A program made the translations under genes and the position numbers. A model generated the notes under the pieces. It saw only the letters and a program-made list of their open reading frames with translations, was not told the origin of the DNA and did not search any database. A stretch of 63,747 nt of DNA, filler included, from Choristocarpus tenellus KU-1152 (taxonomy: Eukaryota; Protista; Phaeophyceae): NCBI GenBank assembly GCA_964200185.2. It is 7 parts of 7 records of this genome, joined end to end, with 100 filler letters (N's around TTAATTAATTAA, not from the genome) between each part and the next. Parts side by side here need not be neighbours in the genome. Positions count along the whole stretch, not along the records: positions 1 to 27,169 come from CAXNAD020000149.1; 6 more parts are not named here. One strand, written 5' to 3'. How positions within the stretch are numbered: the first letter of the stretch is position 1; each line of letters opens with the position of its first letter. Below, in pieces: positions 11,701 to 26,700 of the stretch.

Positions 11701-14700
11701 CCCCTGTGTCCTGTGGTTCAATCTATCCTGTAAATTATCCAGATTCTCAAAGATAAAGCACAGGAACTACGAGATGCATTGCTGGAGTCCATTGTAGGCA
11801 AGGTAAGGGATCAGAACCATGACATCATATCTCGTTATGAGTCTATCCTGGCGAGGATTGTGGAGAAGCCTGCCAATGAGGCAGAACTGGCTGCTCTTCG
11901 GGACTTCATCAAGGAGTCCAAGGCAAAGGTGAGAGTAAATGTTTCTGTAGGCTGTGTGGTGTGGTTATTCTTGATACAGGCATTGTCTACCATTCCTTGT
12001 GTTTATTGTCCCCAAGTCCTTGAGACCATAGTTTTTTAGGTATTAGGCTGATAAATCCTGTGATGATCATCAGCTCATCATCAGTACCTACACTTCTCAC
12101 ACCTTCAGGTTTCACTACTGATATTGGAAGTACGAGAAGTGCATGCACGTCTTGCTGCCCTGGCTGAGCTATCCTATCGAATATCAGAAGAAGACATTAG
12201 GCTGTCCTGGAGGACCATGGACTACCCTACGGTACATAACACAAAATATTATACACACGAGTGCATTCCATGCAGATCTTTTGCATTCTGCAGATCTCAT
12301 GTCATTTCTGGGTGTATGGATCATATCATCATCAAGATCTTGAATATTTGGAGATACCTATCTCACCACATTCTGCCTCTGCTCAGATGGTGGACCTTGC
12401 TGCCAAGAAAGCTGAGGAGGCCCTTGAACTTGATAAGGTAACATGGGCTTTACAAGATTTCCCCTTAGTATTTTAATGAGGAACCAGTATTACCTGTGTA
12501 TACCATACTGTATATTCTATATCTAGTATTTGGAGTAGTACAGTGTAGATAAAAAAAATATTGCTGAATATGTGTCACCTGTATCCAGGTTCGAATGATG
12601 GACAAGTTGGCTCTTGAAAAAGAGAATTTTGAGGAAATATTGGAGAGGTTTGAGGTTGATGTGGCCAGGGCAAAGGAGTGCGGCGACTACAACCAGATGG
12701 TGAGCTCAGATATGTTCTTGCGGGTAGTTAGTTGTCAAAAGTATACTTTGTAGTACTTTAAGACCTCCAGAAAGTAACTCATCCACCTGGATATCTTTCT
12801 GCAGGATGCCAACACAGATTATGTAAACAGCATCCAGGATGCCATCAATGATGCCAAGGCTCAGGCTGAAGACTTCAACTCTCGGGAAAAGGCAAGCTAC
12901 ACTTTATCGTTTCAATTTGTTGCTGGTCTTTCAGTGCTTTAGAGGGTGAACATCCTATCAAATCAATGGATGCCTCTGACACATCCGTGTTATGCACAGT
13001 TAGGTGAATGGTTGACCTTACCTATGTTGGCAGACCTTTCGACTTAAAGGTGCATGTATCCTGTTTCTATCCAGTCGAGTATTTATCTCACCTTTATGTC
13101 ATGCTGTGGCAATTGCACAGGTTTTTGGTTTCCCACCAACAGAATATAGTGTACTTGGCAAGGTGGAAACAGAGCTGGAACAGTTCTATCGATTGTGGAA
13201 CATGGTCTCAGACTTCCATGCCAACCACAAGGAATGGATGCATGGACCTTTCCTTGGTATGTGCCCAATCTGTGTGGTATTTGATGCACAGGCCATAGAG
13301 AGTCTTGGTGGCAAATGTGTCCATTTTGGGGTAACTTCTTCTGGACTCGTTTCAGCACATGTAAATCTGACTCACAGGAGCATGACTCTACTGCTTCCTC
13401 AACAGAACTAAATGGTGCCAATATTGAGCGTGAAGTGACTGAGTGGTGGAAGAGCTCCTATCGTATGAGCAAGACACTTGAGGATGAGTTTCCTGCTGCT
13501 GCAAAATGTGCTGGACAGCTACGAGAAGATACTAACGCCTTCCGGGAACACCTGCCAGTAATCCAGGTATGGTATTCTTGGTTGGGGCAAGGTCTCCCAT
13601 GCACATATCCCTGCCTGATACAAAAAATACATATTTTTCCCTGATCATTGACTCTTGTTCACAGGCTCTTGCTAGCCCAGCACTAAAACCAAGGCACTGG
13701 GAACAATTGAGTGACAAAATTGGCAGTGTAATAGAGCCAGATGAGGAACTGACTCTTCAGCAACTGGTGGAGATGAAGGTTGGACGGCACATTGAGACCA
13801 TCCAAGAGGTGGGTTAAACACAGGAATTACACATAACAAATCTGGGGATTATATATTCTTAGCCCTTCTAAATGCAGTAATGCATTCTACATTTCCCTCT
13901 AAGCAGGTGTGTGTGGCTGCAGAGAAAGAGTATGGCCTCGAAAAAGCACTCGCAGGAATGAAGGAGGAGTGGACGAGCCTAGAGTTTGAAGTTCGACCCT
14001 ACAAGGAGACTGGGACATATCTAGTGTCAGGCGTGGATGAGATAATCACATTGTTGGACGATCATATTGTCAAGACCCAAACAATGAGAGGATCTCCATA
14101 CATTGTGCCAGTTGAAGCTGAGTGCAAGGTGAGAATTGTTGAGCAAGAAACACACAGTGATGTGACTGACCCTTTGCCTTTATATTGTCTTGGCCCATGG
14201 TGCAGTGCAATTTGAGATTATTGTAGACCCAAATTGTTGCTGTATTGAAAGTTCGATGTGGCGCTTCTGTGTTTAGACTTTGCACAAATATTTATTTAAA
14301 CTTGTTTGTCTTGTTCTTTTACCACATTCTATTGTTTGTTTATAGCAACAAACGATACCACCCCCTTTATATTTCACCACACAATGCTTGGGAGTCATCC
14401 TTGCTGCATTGATGGATCAAACCAAGGTTCCAGACAATTGATTTTTTTTAATTGAAACAATGTCAAAGTTTTCATTGCTAAGAGGTTAGTGGTCACCTGT
14501 ATCTACTCAACATTACTTTGCAGTGTCCAGTGTCAGGCATGTCTCTCATTCGCATGCCGTATGTATCTGATGGGGAAAAGAATACCCCAAACATACACCA
14601 TTGATTGTGGCCCTCAACAGGCATGGGAGTACCGCCTCAAGTATGCCCAGGGCCTTGTAGATGAATGGGTTACCTGCCAGCGGACATGGCTCTATCTAGA

Positions 14701-17700
14701 ACCTATTTTCTCATCTGAGGATATCATGAGGCAACTGCCAACTGAGGCACGCCGATTTAGTGGTGTGGATCAGCTCTGGAGGAAGGTATAGTGGTCAAAA
14801 TTAGACCACAACAACCAATGATACTTTACAAGGAAATGTAACTTGAACTTTTGAAATCATTCTTCTAGCCTATGACCCTCTCTTTGCACTAATCAGACGA
14901 TGGAGGAGACCAACAAGGATCCAATTTTCATGGTTCAGGCAGACCCTGAAAAAAAACTTGAGGAAAAGTTCAAAGCTGCAAACCACAAGCTGGAGGAAAT
15001 ACAAAAGGTCTGGGGAAAGCATGCTGGAATGCTGTGTATGATGTGATGTAGTACACAACTTCTCAAGCAGTCCAACCTTGTATGTAGAGTTTCACTACTC
15101 TTGCAAGCAGATGTGTGTCTAAAGACAGTGCAAGGAAACTGACAGCATCACCCTTTTTTGTCTTTTGGGGCACATTGATTGCAGGGCTTGAGCGATTATC
15201 TGGAAATGAAACGTCTTTACTTTCCTCGGTTCTTCTTTCTGTCCAACGATGAGTTGTTGGAGATTTTATCCCAGACTAAGGAACCCCGTGCAGTGCAGCC
15301 ACACCTGAACAAGGCCTTTGAGGGTATTGCCAAGTGCAAGTTCGAAGATGATTTAAAAATCACCCAAATGATCTCAGCAGAAGGAGAGGTATGTCAGGTT
15401 CTTGGAAAAGGGCAAGTCCATGAATCATGTGGAGTCTACCCTACATCGTTAAGTGCTTGATGGGGCATACGTAGTCTACCCACACTACTGTCAAGATAGT
15501 TTTGTGCTGTCAATATAGGGTTGACTAAGTTTGTTCTCATTGACACCTCCCTACTTAAGTTGATTCTTAGGGATGTTGTCTAAGAGGGTGCTACTTGGGC
15601 TCTCTATCGACATTGTTGAAGGCATTGTCAAAGGGATGTGATCATTTTTTCTCAGTCCAGTTGTCCTTCCTGTCTGCAGATAATTGTACTTGATAATGCT
15701 GTCGACCCTGAAAGCACAGCTAATAAGGGGAGTGTGGAACGCTGGCTGCTGGAGCTTGAAGTTATGCAGTGGCAATCTGTTCGAACACAGGTCACCTTGT
15801 CACTAGCTGAGTACCCAACAAAGTCAAGAGAAGAGTGGGTCCTAAATTGGCCAGCTCAAGCTGTGCTTGGGATAAGCCAGGTGTGTAGTCTCACACTATA
15901 CAAAAAGTTGTAGACTGAAAAACTGCACTATTGCATTGAAGTATATTTGAATAGTGGAGATCTATCACTGCTTTGATACCAACCGATCAAACCATCTACA
16001 TGCTTGCCCCTCAAGGTGCTTTGGACAGAAGATGTGTCCACTTCAATCAAAAATGGTGGGGTTAAGGGTTTGAATGGACTGGTGCATACCCTCAATACCC
16101 AGCTTCGAAATATCACCCTGCTGGTACGTGGCAAGCTCTCCTCACTACAGCGAAGGACTCTTGGAGCACTCTGCACTATTGATGTGCATGCCAGAGACAC
16201 AGTGGTGAAGATGGCGGAGTTGGGTGTCTGCCATGAAGATGACTTCAACTGGGTGAGCCAACTGCGATACTACTGGAGCTCGTCATGGAAGGATGGGCAA
16301 GCTGTTGCAAAGGGAGATCAGACTCTTGTTGTTCGAATAGTGAATGCCAAGTGCCTGTATGGGTATGAGTATCTGGGTAACACCATGCGCTTGGTTATTA
16401 CACCACTCACAGACCGCTGCTACCGCACAATGATTGGGGCCATTGACCTCCTCTATGGAGGAGCACCTGAGGGACCAGCTGGGACGGGTAAGACTGAAAC
16501 TGTGAAGGATCTGTCCAAGGCTGTTGCCATTCAGGTGAATATATCATTGATGTAATTTGTTTCTCGAACCCCAAAAACGACTGTCTGGCCTTTTCCCCGT
16601 AGACCCCCCTCATCAGGCCCCCAGTAAGAGGTAATATTGAATTACGTATCACCTGCCCGCAGAAAATTTTATAATTCACAAAACATTTGGGTGTATCTTT
16701 ATGCACATAGCATACATCCACCAATCGTCAAAAATACCCCAAAGGAAACAAGTAACTTACACTCTTGAGTATTTCAAGAACCTTTCCATTGCCCTTGAAG
16801 TTGTGCAAATGCCTGGTGTGTCCCTCACTGCTCCTTAAGATTGTCAACTTCAGAGAGAAATAAAGAGTACAACCCTTTAGGAAAAAAAATCATCAACACG
16901 CTGATGTGCACATTTCCATCTTTCTGTCTTGCCATCTGCTACCATAGTGTGTGGTATTCAATTGTTCTGATGGCCTGGACTACCTGGCAATGGCGAAATT
17001 CTTCAAGGGACTGGCGGGATGTGGATCCTGGTGTTGTTTTGATGAATTCAACCGAATCAACATTGAGGTATGTGTCAGTACTCAAGAACAGAAGGAAGAT
17101 AGCAATTGAGTGTTTCTTCTCTCAGCATGGAATTAGATATTGAAATTCCATCATGACCCTTCAGACTGACGGCCAACCATACTTCCAGGTGCTGAGTGTG
17201 ATTGCACAGCAAATTCTCACCATCAACAAAGCCAAGAAGGCACAGGTGGAAAAATTTCACTTTGAGGGAACATTCATGAAGATCAATCATAACGCCAACG
17301 CCTTCATCACGATGAATCCTGGGTATGCTGGCAGGGCGGAGCTGCCAGATAATCTAAAGGCCCTTTTCCGTCCCTGTGCCATGATGGTTCCTGATTACTC
17401 ACTCATCTCCGAGATTCGCCTTTACTCATTTGGATTTGAGAATGCCCGGGAGAACGCCCAAAAGCTTGTCAGAGTGTTGCAGTTATGCTCAGAACAGCTG
17501 TCCAGTCAAAAGCACTATGACTATGGTATGCGAGCTGTCAACTCTATCCTGGTAAGAAACAAGGAATGTTCATAGTATCTTTTGACAGAAACCGATTCTT
17601 GATAAACACCTGTGAGACTTATCCCATGGTTATGTGACAACACGCAGCTTCTCCCATTCAAAAGGTAGCAGCTGGAAATCTACGTCAGCAACTTGGTGAT

Positions 17701-20700
17701 GATCCAGGCTGGAATGAGGCAAAAATTGTTTTGCGCTCAGTGAATGATATCAACCTGCCAAAGTTCACTGTTGAAGACTTGCCCCTCTTCAAGGGCATAA
17801 CAAGTGATCTCTTCCCAGGTGTTAACCTTGGGGAGTCTGATCATGGACCCCTACTGGGCAGTATTGAAGCAGTTTGTGCAGAGGGAGTTACTATCTCACC
17901 TGGACGACAGATGGTATTAATTCCAAAGCTTTCATGGAAGAATAAAATTGTCCAGCTTTATGAGATGGTCCTCGTCCGACATGGTGTGATGATTGTGGGT
18001 CAGACTGGCTCTGGTAAGACTTGCACAGTCCACACACTTGCAAGTGCAATGTCACATTGCAATAAAGAGGGATCCACAGGCTTTCCACAAGTCCAGGTGA
18101 AGTTGAAAACAAACTGACTCTGAAATTTACTTTCCAAGTTTATAGCTTGCCATATGGAGTACTCACTGCAATAATGGAGCAACCTCTTTACCTTCACCTT
18201 TAGCCTTGTGTCACTATTGTACAGACAAGAAATAAATAACACACTCAACATTCCTACAGATCCCCAATGCATGGTTAAAAGGGGCCAGTTGCCATAGCAT
18301 ACAAAGTAAACTATGCTTTGGCCAGAGCAAGTCAAAGTATAACATAGTAAAAATTCAAATTTGATGCCAACCAAGGTTCCAAACAGGGCATCTCTAGGTA
18401 GAACTGTATGGACCTTGGCACCAGATTATACAATAGTCAACAGTAAAATGATCGTTCCACTATTCTCTTGATGGCAATGGTATCCACCAGGTGCACACCA
18501 TGAACCCCAAATCCATCTCAAGTGGCCAGCTGTATGGCAACTTCGATGATAATACACATGAGTGGAGTGATGGCATACTTGCAGTCATTTATCGCAACTG
18601 TTCGAAAGATTTATCACCAGACCGCAAGTGGTTGATGTTTGATGGTCCAGTGGATGCTGTGTGGATTGAAAATATGAACACAGTATTGGATGACAACAAA
18701 AAGCTCTGCCTCATGAGTGGTGAGGTGAGTTGACATGGGAAACCCATACCAAATGTTCCAGACATGATAAGATTTTCGCTACTTCCATCAATTAAACCTT
18801 GTTGCTCTATCTATGCCACCCATGTGCACCTCCTTTCTTCAGCATGGACCCTGAATGGCACTTATGTCAAGCAATTCACTTGTCTTGTACTAGTACAGCA
18901 TACCTTGGACTTTGAAGTATTTTATATAATTACATGTGTGATGTATATCTAGAACCCTTACTCAGATCTATTCACAAGTTATGTGTGTAATTATCCCAGT
19001 CTTCCTTTTTGCCTCTTACTCGGATTTCAGATTGTCAAAATGAGTGACTCAATGACAATGATGTTTGAAGCTGAGGACCTTGAGGAGGCATCGCCAGCCA
19101 CAGTCAGTCGAGTGGGCATGATATTCTGCGAGATCCAAAACTTGGACTGGCAGCCCTTGCGGGATGTGTGGCTTGACAGCCTTCCAGCCGTGTTCACAGA
19201 GTACAGAGACCTTCTGGTCAGTCTTTTTGACTGGCTCTTTCCACCTGCACTATATTATGTCCAAAAACGGTGCATCATACCAACACCAGTTACTGGTCAG
19301 GTGAGAGCTTTTGGATTGGAACTTAAGGGTACCAATTATCCCTCCCTCCAACTTAGTTGGTACTGCATTGATAAATTGAATAGATCATGCTAGATAGCAT
19401 GTGAATTTGTTAATAGTTCTCACCATATCCATGGGTAAACCAATAAATCACGAAAAATACGTCATAAGAAATAAAGGTGCCAGCATAAGATGTGCTCAAA
19501 TACAAAGTTTCACGTGTTGATTCCAAGTTGGGATGTAGTCTAGCTTCATGGCATGAAACATGAAATGATGCACATCACTCGTAAGTCATATTCTCAAACA
19601 CTCTAATACTTCAAATTTTTGTGGTTGATGAAATGTTGATGTTCACTAAAACTAATTGTTTAGCCGAAAAAAACTCAACATTACCCTGGGAAGTAGCAAC
19701 ATTGGATGTGATGCAAAAATCTGACTTTAAAATCTATTGAGTGAAACGGATTTATCAGTCCCAAGAGACAACTCCAGGACACCAGAACAGATTTGGGCGT
19801 GCCATTGAGTTTCCCAGCCCATAGGGAGCAACTTGATAAGTTCATCACAACTTGTTTCTCCCTGGTTTTCAGGACCTCTCTACTTGGTATTTGCATATTT
19901 GACAGGACCACTTTTCAGCTTTTCTAATTTGGAAAGTTTTTTTCTGGTTAAGTATGTGTGGGGATGCAACTGGCATTATTTCAAATTAAGAGTGATTACC
20001 CATAACAGGTGCAGAGGATAGATGAGTGCATGCGAGCATGAGTTGTCTTTGTATATTTCATAGTGCCCAACATTAGTGTACAATTGAGCCTAGCATCAAT
20101 TTATCTTTCTAATATGAAAAGAAATTGAAGTTGCACCATAAAATATTTGGCAATTGCAGCAGTGACACACCCCTCTAGATCAGGAGTATGTGAAGAGCTA
20201 TGCTTAATGACTGCAGAGAGTGAGTTGAACTTAATATCACGATTCACATTGATACCTAGGCAAATTTCGAGTTGAAAATTGGGGAAGACTTCTTCCATTT
20301 TTCATCCTGAACAAAACTGCATGATAGCAAAATAGAATACATAACATGTATTTTGTGGGAAAGTGATAAGGTGACGAACAAAATTCTCCTTCCATCCCTC
20401 TGTGCAACTGCTTACTCCCCCAAGGAGCATGAAGCGGAGTTAAGTTTGAGATACTCCTCAAAAAGTTTGCTGTAATGCTAATCCTATGTTTCAAATGTAC
20501 CTCATTTGTGTGCTAGAACAGAAAGTTTAATCAGTCAGCGTTCATTGGATTTTATCAAGAAGTCACACACATACTAAGGTGGTCCACAACTCTGCAATAT
20601 CCTACTAGTTTATTCTTCTGTAAAAGTGAGAGACAGTTCACTAATAGAAGCACACAAGTAGCAATCAGCGGTTTGGGTACCTGTTTGAATAGTGAGTACC

Positions 20701-23700
20701 TGTATACCTGTATGAGCAGCAGTTATTAATGTCAGAGCGGCCTAATCTGTCTGTGCATACTACTCCACATCAGTATTGTCAGAGTATGTGTGTGTAACTG
20801 GCTGAGCGAGACCCTTTGCATTCACAGAAGAGTGGAGTAGTGGATCTCTACACAGATGGATAATAGTTGGGCATAGTACGCAAAAAATTGTTTCACTGTT
20901 CACATAAAATATTTGACCAATACAGTCTTTGACAAATTATTTTTGACACCGCTTAAAGCACCAAGCGTCCCTTGGTGTCAGAAACACATCAGAATGAGGT
21001 GAACACAGTTGACAAGTATGCTTCCACTCTGAAGATGATGGTTTTTGCTATTCAGGATATTTGTTTCAACGAGTGATTTTGAGGTTTGAGTGCGATGAGA
21101 TTGTCTGACAATATGAAATTCATTTTGTCATAATACTTGAGGGCTGTAATCAGCAGGGAGCTGGTATTGCCCTCTCATCAGAATTTGGATTAACCAGGTT
21201 GTCTCCATGCACTCAACCGACCAAGTCTCCAAGTATACTCCCTTAGATGTCTCTCTACCATTTTTCTTCCTCAGTACAGGTAGCCAGGGCCCAAAATACT
21301 AAAAATGGGATATGAGCAGAGATTAATGGGCCTCTAGGGCCTTACAGTAGTAAATATGAGCATGAAAGAACTTAACACCTCAGTCCACCACTCCATTCAT
21401 GCATCGAATATCACTGGGACTCCAAATTGCGCTGAATTTTTTGGTGGATAGGGCGATGTGGAGTGTGCTTTACACTGAACTTGTAACCTTGAAAATGAAG
21501 AGGACAGCACTTTGGCAAGGAAATTTACCTTGTATCCTGTTGTGGACTGCCCTTTTTCACACCATGCTGGCATTTGCTCAGTCAGTGTACACTGAGCCTC
21601 AGTGCTGATGCAGGACATTGCTGTCCAGACTAAGGATCCAGGCTACAATACCACCCTTGGATTAATCACAGTATCTGTTGACAAAACATTCTCTCGATGA
21701 ACCTAAAAGCTCCCAATATCTGGAAGCACACACTGAGTGGCACTTTGAAACACAGTACTTCTTTTATATGGAGCTCTATTGGAGTTCATGGCATCTGAGT
21801 GTTATTTTTGTCTAGTTGAACCATCAAAACATGCTGCTGGACAGGGCACATGGGCAAGAAGAAACCTACTGAACTGGAGCACACAATTTAGGGTGCTCTG
21901 TTTGCGGTGTGGTGGGAAACATCAAACAGCTAGAATAGCAGATGTGTACGCCAGCTATTTTACTCTGACCAAATTGAGTTACGTATATTTTGTTGGCCAA
22001 TCTACCAGGGCTTTTCTAATGTCCAACCTTTCCCCACTCATCAGTGAAGTTCATAGTCCTGAGTTTAAGTGTGTTGCAGTCATTTACTCATAGCAGTTGA
22101 GTGCATGGTTAGACTACACTAGTTGCAAGACAGCAGCAGGGAAGATGGAAGACTATCAGGGTTCTTGTGAAGCAATGAGCACGCCATCATTCCCTTTCTG
22201 TTACACATAATAGCACTTTATCTGCCGATGCATCTCACCTCATCTGTCCAATTGTTGGATATTGTCTCGAGCTAGCTTGAGAGATACAATGAGAAAGCAC
22301 ATGGCAGTCCTCAGGTCATCTCTGACGTAGCAAAATTCATATTTTTCAAGTTGACTCCACATTGCTCTACCGTGTATATTAACAAAAATGTGAAAAGTAA
22401 GATATTTTTCATCCAGTCAGATATGGCAACTGCTACTTACCTAGACATATCCCCATCATAGATTGTCTCCTGTTATCCTGCCCCACCTTAGCTGATAGTA
22501 ATTTTCTTCTCTCCTGCCAAAGAACGGGTAGTTGCACAAATGCAGACATGGTTTAGTGAGCAATAGCAAATCCTGATCTCATCTTGTAGTGTAAGCTTTG
22601 CTACACAGAATGTTTTGATCCTGGTGCCCAGATTCTGTGTCAACTTACCTGACACAGCTGAAGAATATTCATACGTTGAAACACTCCCTACTAGTAAGGA
22701 TATGATGCTACATTTGTCTGTTTACCACAGTAAGATACAAGGAGAACACACCTGTTATCAAGACTGTGCCGAACCCTCAGGGCCATGTATGAAATTTCCT
22801 AGAAACTTATTCTGTATCAATATCAATAGATATATCATCTTGATATATTCACAGCACAACATGCTACAAAGTCTTCAGGTATGAAACAATACAATAGTGC
22901 AGTGTTGTAACAGGTACTGTGAGCTTGAAGGTTTTCTATGGAAGATAGATTCCCAGTGTCAGAGGATCCCACATACACACAACATTGTCACCAGACAAGA
23001 GCATTTTGCGCTTCAAGGGCCAAATAGTAAATGAAAGGCTTTGCCTCCTGGGACATCATTTTATAGTAGACAACAATGGAGTACAAGGACGGTTGACCAT
23101 TATCAAATCAAGGGTGGAGTTTATTGAGGAGTGAGATGTGTGTGTCTAGCACTGGTTTCATAGAATAATTGTACCTGGTAGGTGGGACTTTGTACATTTT
23201 GCACCCTGTTGCACTCCCCAATAGAACCAACTTTATTGAATAATTGCATGGGAAGAATGGTGTGATTTGCACCTTGGTTAGCACTGGCAAACAGAACTCA
23301 AGCAATTATTTAAAGAACAGACTGAAGCATGTTTGACATATTGATGGTTCAAGGAACTACTTGGGCATGGGCTTCTAAAGAATGACTCGGGCGTGTCCTT
23401 GTCCAGGATTGAATACTGTAATTTTCACACTGCTTAACCCATTCCCAGCAGTTTGCAATCCTAATAAAAATTCTTTGTTTTCCTCAAAATGATGTTGCAG
23501 GAACTAGCAGCATCCCTCATTCGTCTACTCGGTGTTCTTCTGGACACACCAGATGGCTACGCCAGTGATATGGTGAAGGTGCTGGAGTGTCTGTTCATAG
23601 AATCTTTGGTGTGGTCAGTGGGGGCCTGTGTAGATGGCAAGGGTCGAGAAAAGTTCAATCAGTACCTCAGAATGCTCATGGAGGGAGCAGGACTTGCAGA

Positions 23701-26700
23701 CTCCGAGGAACACAAGGATTTCCAACTTAAGAATCTCAACTGGGTTCAGAGGGAGCATCCTCTTAGCTTGCTTCCCTCGAGCGATGGCAGCATGTTATAT
23801 GACTACAGTTTTGATGCCAAGAAGGGGCAATGGAAGCCTTGGCTAGAAAAGGTAATATTAACTCAAGTATTTATTGTTGACTCTGAAATGTGAATATCAG
23901 CACAAATATAACTGGCGTAGCCCCTTGTTGAATGCAAGCAAAAAAAAGCCATTGTCAACTATTATAATGACAGAAGTTTCAATTCCCTTTTTGGCACAGG
24001 GTGAAAGATATGTCATTGCAAGGGATGCCACCTTCAACAGCATTGTGGTTCCTACACTGGATACAGTCCGGAATGAGTATCTCATTTCCACCCTTCTCAC
24101 ACATGGACACCATGTATTGTGCACTGGAGATACAGGAACGGGAAAGTCTGTTACTGTAAAAAAAATGCTCCTCTTCGGTATGGGTGACAAATACAACACT
24201 ATTATGCTCAATTTCTCGGCACAGACAACAGCAAATCAGGTAGAGATGCTAGATTCCCACTATACTCCAGAGTACTCAGTATTCCCCTGGGTGTGAAATA
24301 GTATTGCTACTCTTTTGGAGCACATCAAAACAATGACCTGAATGGCCTACAATGCTGGGGGATTCTAACTTTGATGCCATCTCTGTCTCTTTCTGACTTT
24401 GTGACAGCCTTCTTCACTTCACCATTGTTGCATGAGACTTTGTCTGACTTCACTGGTGTGATGCCTCTTGTTGGACCAAACATTACATTAATGTACTGGA
24501 CTGATAGTTCTTATACAAAGTCTCTCCCTTTCTACTGTGAACAAAATGTCAGACCCAGGACATTATTGATTCAAAGCTGGACAAACGTCGGAAAGGGGTC
24601 CTTGGTCCCCCTCTAGGCACAACATGCATTGTTTTCGTGGATGATCTCAATATGCCCGCCAAGGAGGAGTATGGTGCCCAGCCCCCAATAGAGATCCTAA
24701 GGCAATGGATGGACCATGGAGGGTGGTATAATAGAAGCGAAAACACTTTTCGCCAGATTGTTGATGTGCAATACATTACAGCCATGGGACCACCAGGTGG
24801 TGGGCGCACAAGCATCACACAACGCTACGTGCGACACTTTAATTTGCTCAACTTTGTGCCCTTCAGCAATGAATCTCTGCAGCGTGTCTTCAGTACAATC
24901 CTGGATTGGTTTCTTCAGAAGGGATTCAACTCTTCTGTCAAGCAGGTGCTTGGAACTCTCATTTCTTGGTTATGCATAGATGACGGATACTTCACACAAT
25001 TTCTCATTTTGGGATAGGATCCCGCCTTCTTACAGCAAAAGATAAAACATAATATTTCAGTTAGTGAAAGTCAGACCTTGAAATGAGGCATCAGCTACGC
25101 AGTTCCCACAACAGTTCCTTGCTGTACTCTGTAGATGACGATTTGACCTCATCAATCATCAAGACAGGTTGCAGGGAGTATTGTGGCAGTCACAGTGGAT
25201 ATCTACAACACAATTGCAGAAAACCTACTGCCAACACCTGATAAAAGTCACTACACGTTCAACCTGCGTGATTTGTCCAAAGTATTCCAGGTGAGTGGTT
25301 GACCATTATTGCTATAAATAGATCTAGCCAACATGGCTTGTCAATCTCAAGATGTTTTGATATAAGAAAACTATACAGCACCTAGTTAGTCCATGTAATG
25401 TGATATCTCACCAGGGGCACATTGACGTACCTCTTTTGACAGGGTGTGCTTCAGGGCAACTCCAACTTCATATTTGAGAAGGAACAGTTCATCCGCCTTT
25501 GGGCACATGAGTGCTTGCGTGTGTTTTATGATCGACTGGTGGATGACCGTGATCGGGCGTGGTTCAAGCAAATGCTTGCAGAGAAGGTATTTTTTGCTGT
25601 GTTGGTTGGAAGGCAATAGGCTGAATCCCCACACAGGATGAATCTACAAAAGACGGTGAACAAAATCAGTCACCCCTTGTACTCTTAATGCACTCTTTGT
25701 GCAATGTATTTTTTTTATTTGGAGTAGTTAAGCATACTATATGTCAATTTGTTCTTGACACCTAGGCCTATCTCCACATCAGAGAAAACCCAGTCCTTTT
25801 CATGTCCTGAAGTTCGATCCCCGTTCACCGTGTGGTTTTTGTCATGTCAAGTTCTAGCGGTGGTGAAGCTTAAACTGGAAGAGACACACTTTTGTGTGTG
25901 ACAAGTCTGTCTAGAAATTTATTATTGTTGAAGTGTCGTCACTTAATCAATGTCCTTACTTAAGCACGACCTTGTGATAACTGTGTGTGCCAGGTTAAGA
26001 CATATTTTAACATGGATTATAACGGGAGCATCCGAGGCGTCAATGAAGTATTGGTTTATGGCAACTTCAGTGACCCAAAGGGTGGGAAGGTAACTATGTA
26101 TGTTAAACTTAAGAATAATTGATGAGACATGGTTGCTGCGATTTTGTGAAGGGTATATATATAGCTGAAGTTTTTCATGCAGTCCTAAGGAATCATGCAT
26201 ATATCATTCATTCATTTTGGATTATTTCTTGGTGTTTCCATCTCACACAAGCAAACACGTGCTAATGCCCCTTGCAGGTGTACCAGGAGATCGAAGATCA
26301 CGAAGCTCTGGCAAAGATAATGGAAGACTATCTGGAAGATCACAATGCCATGACCAGCAAGCCCATGTCATTGGTGTTGTTCCAGAACGCAATTGAACAC
26401 ATAGCCCGTATCAGCCGCATTATCTGCCAGCCTATGGGAAATGCTCTATTGGTTGGTGTTGGAGGATCTGGACGGAAGTCTCTCACTGCCCTTGCTGCTT
26501 CAATTGCTGACTACAAGCTTTTTCAGATTGAGATTTCCAAATCATACAACATGATAGAGTGGCGAGAGGATCTCAAAAAAGTTCTGACAATGGCTGGTGC
26601 TGAAAGCAGGTGCAGTCTTGAGTTAATCAACCTTGAATGGTTTTTAGTTGATCTACAAACATTTTTAAACCTGAAGAGAAGAAAGCTACTTCTTGATAAA

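Noticed and set aside
19428-19691. Possible MITE with CC(A/C)xGGGTAA-like ends
   Set aside because: TIR match is short and imperfect with no clear target duplication.
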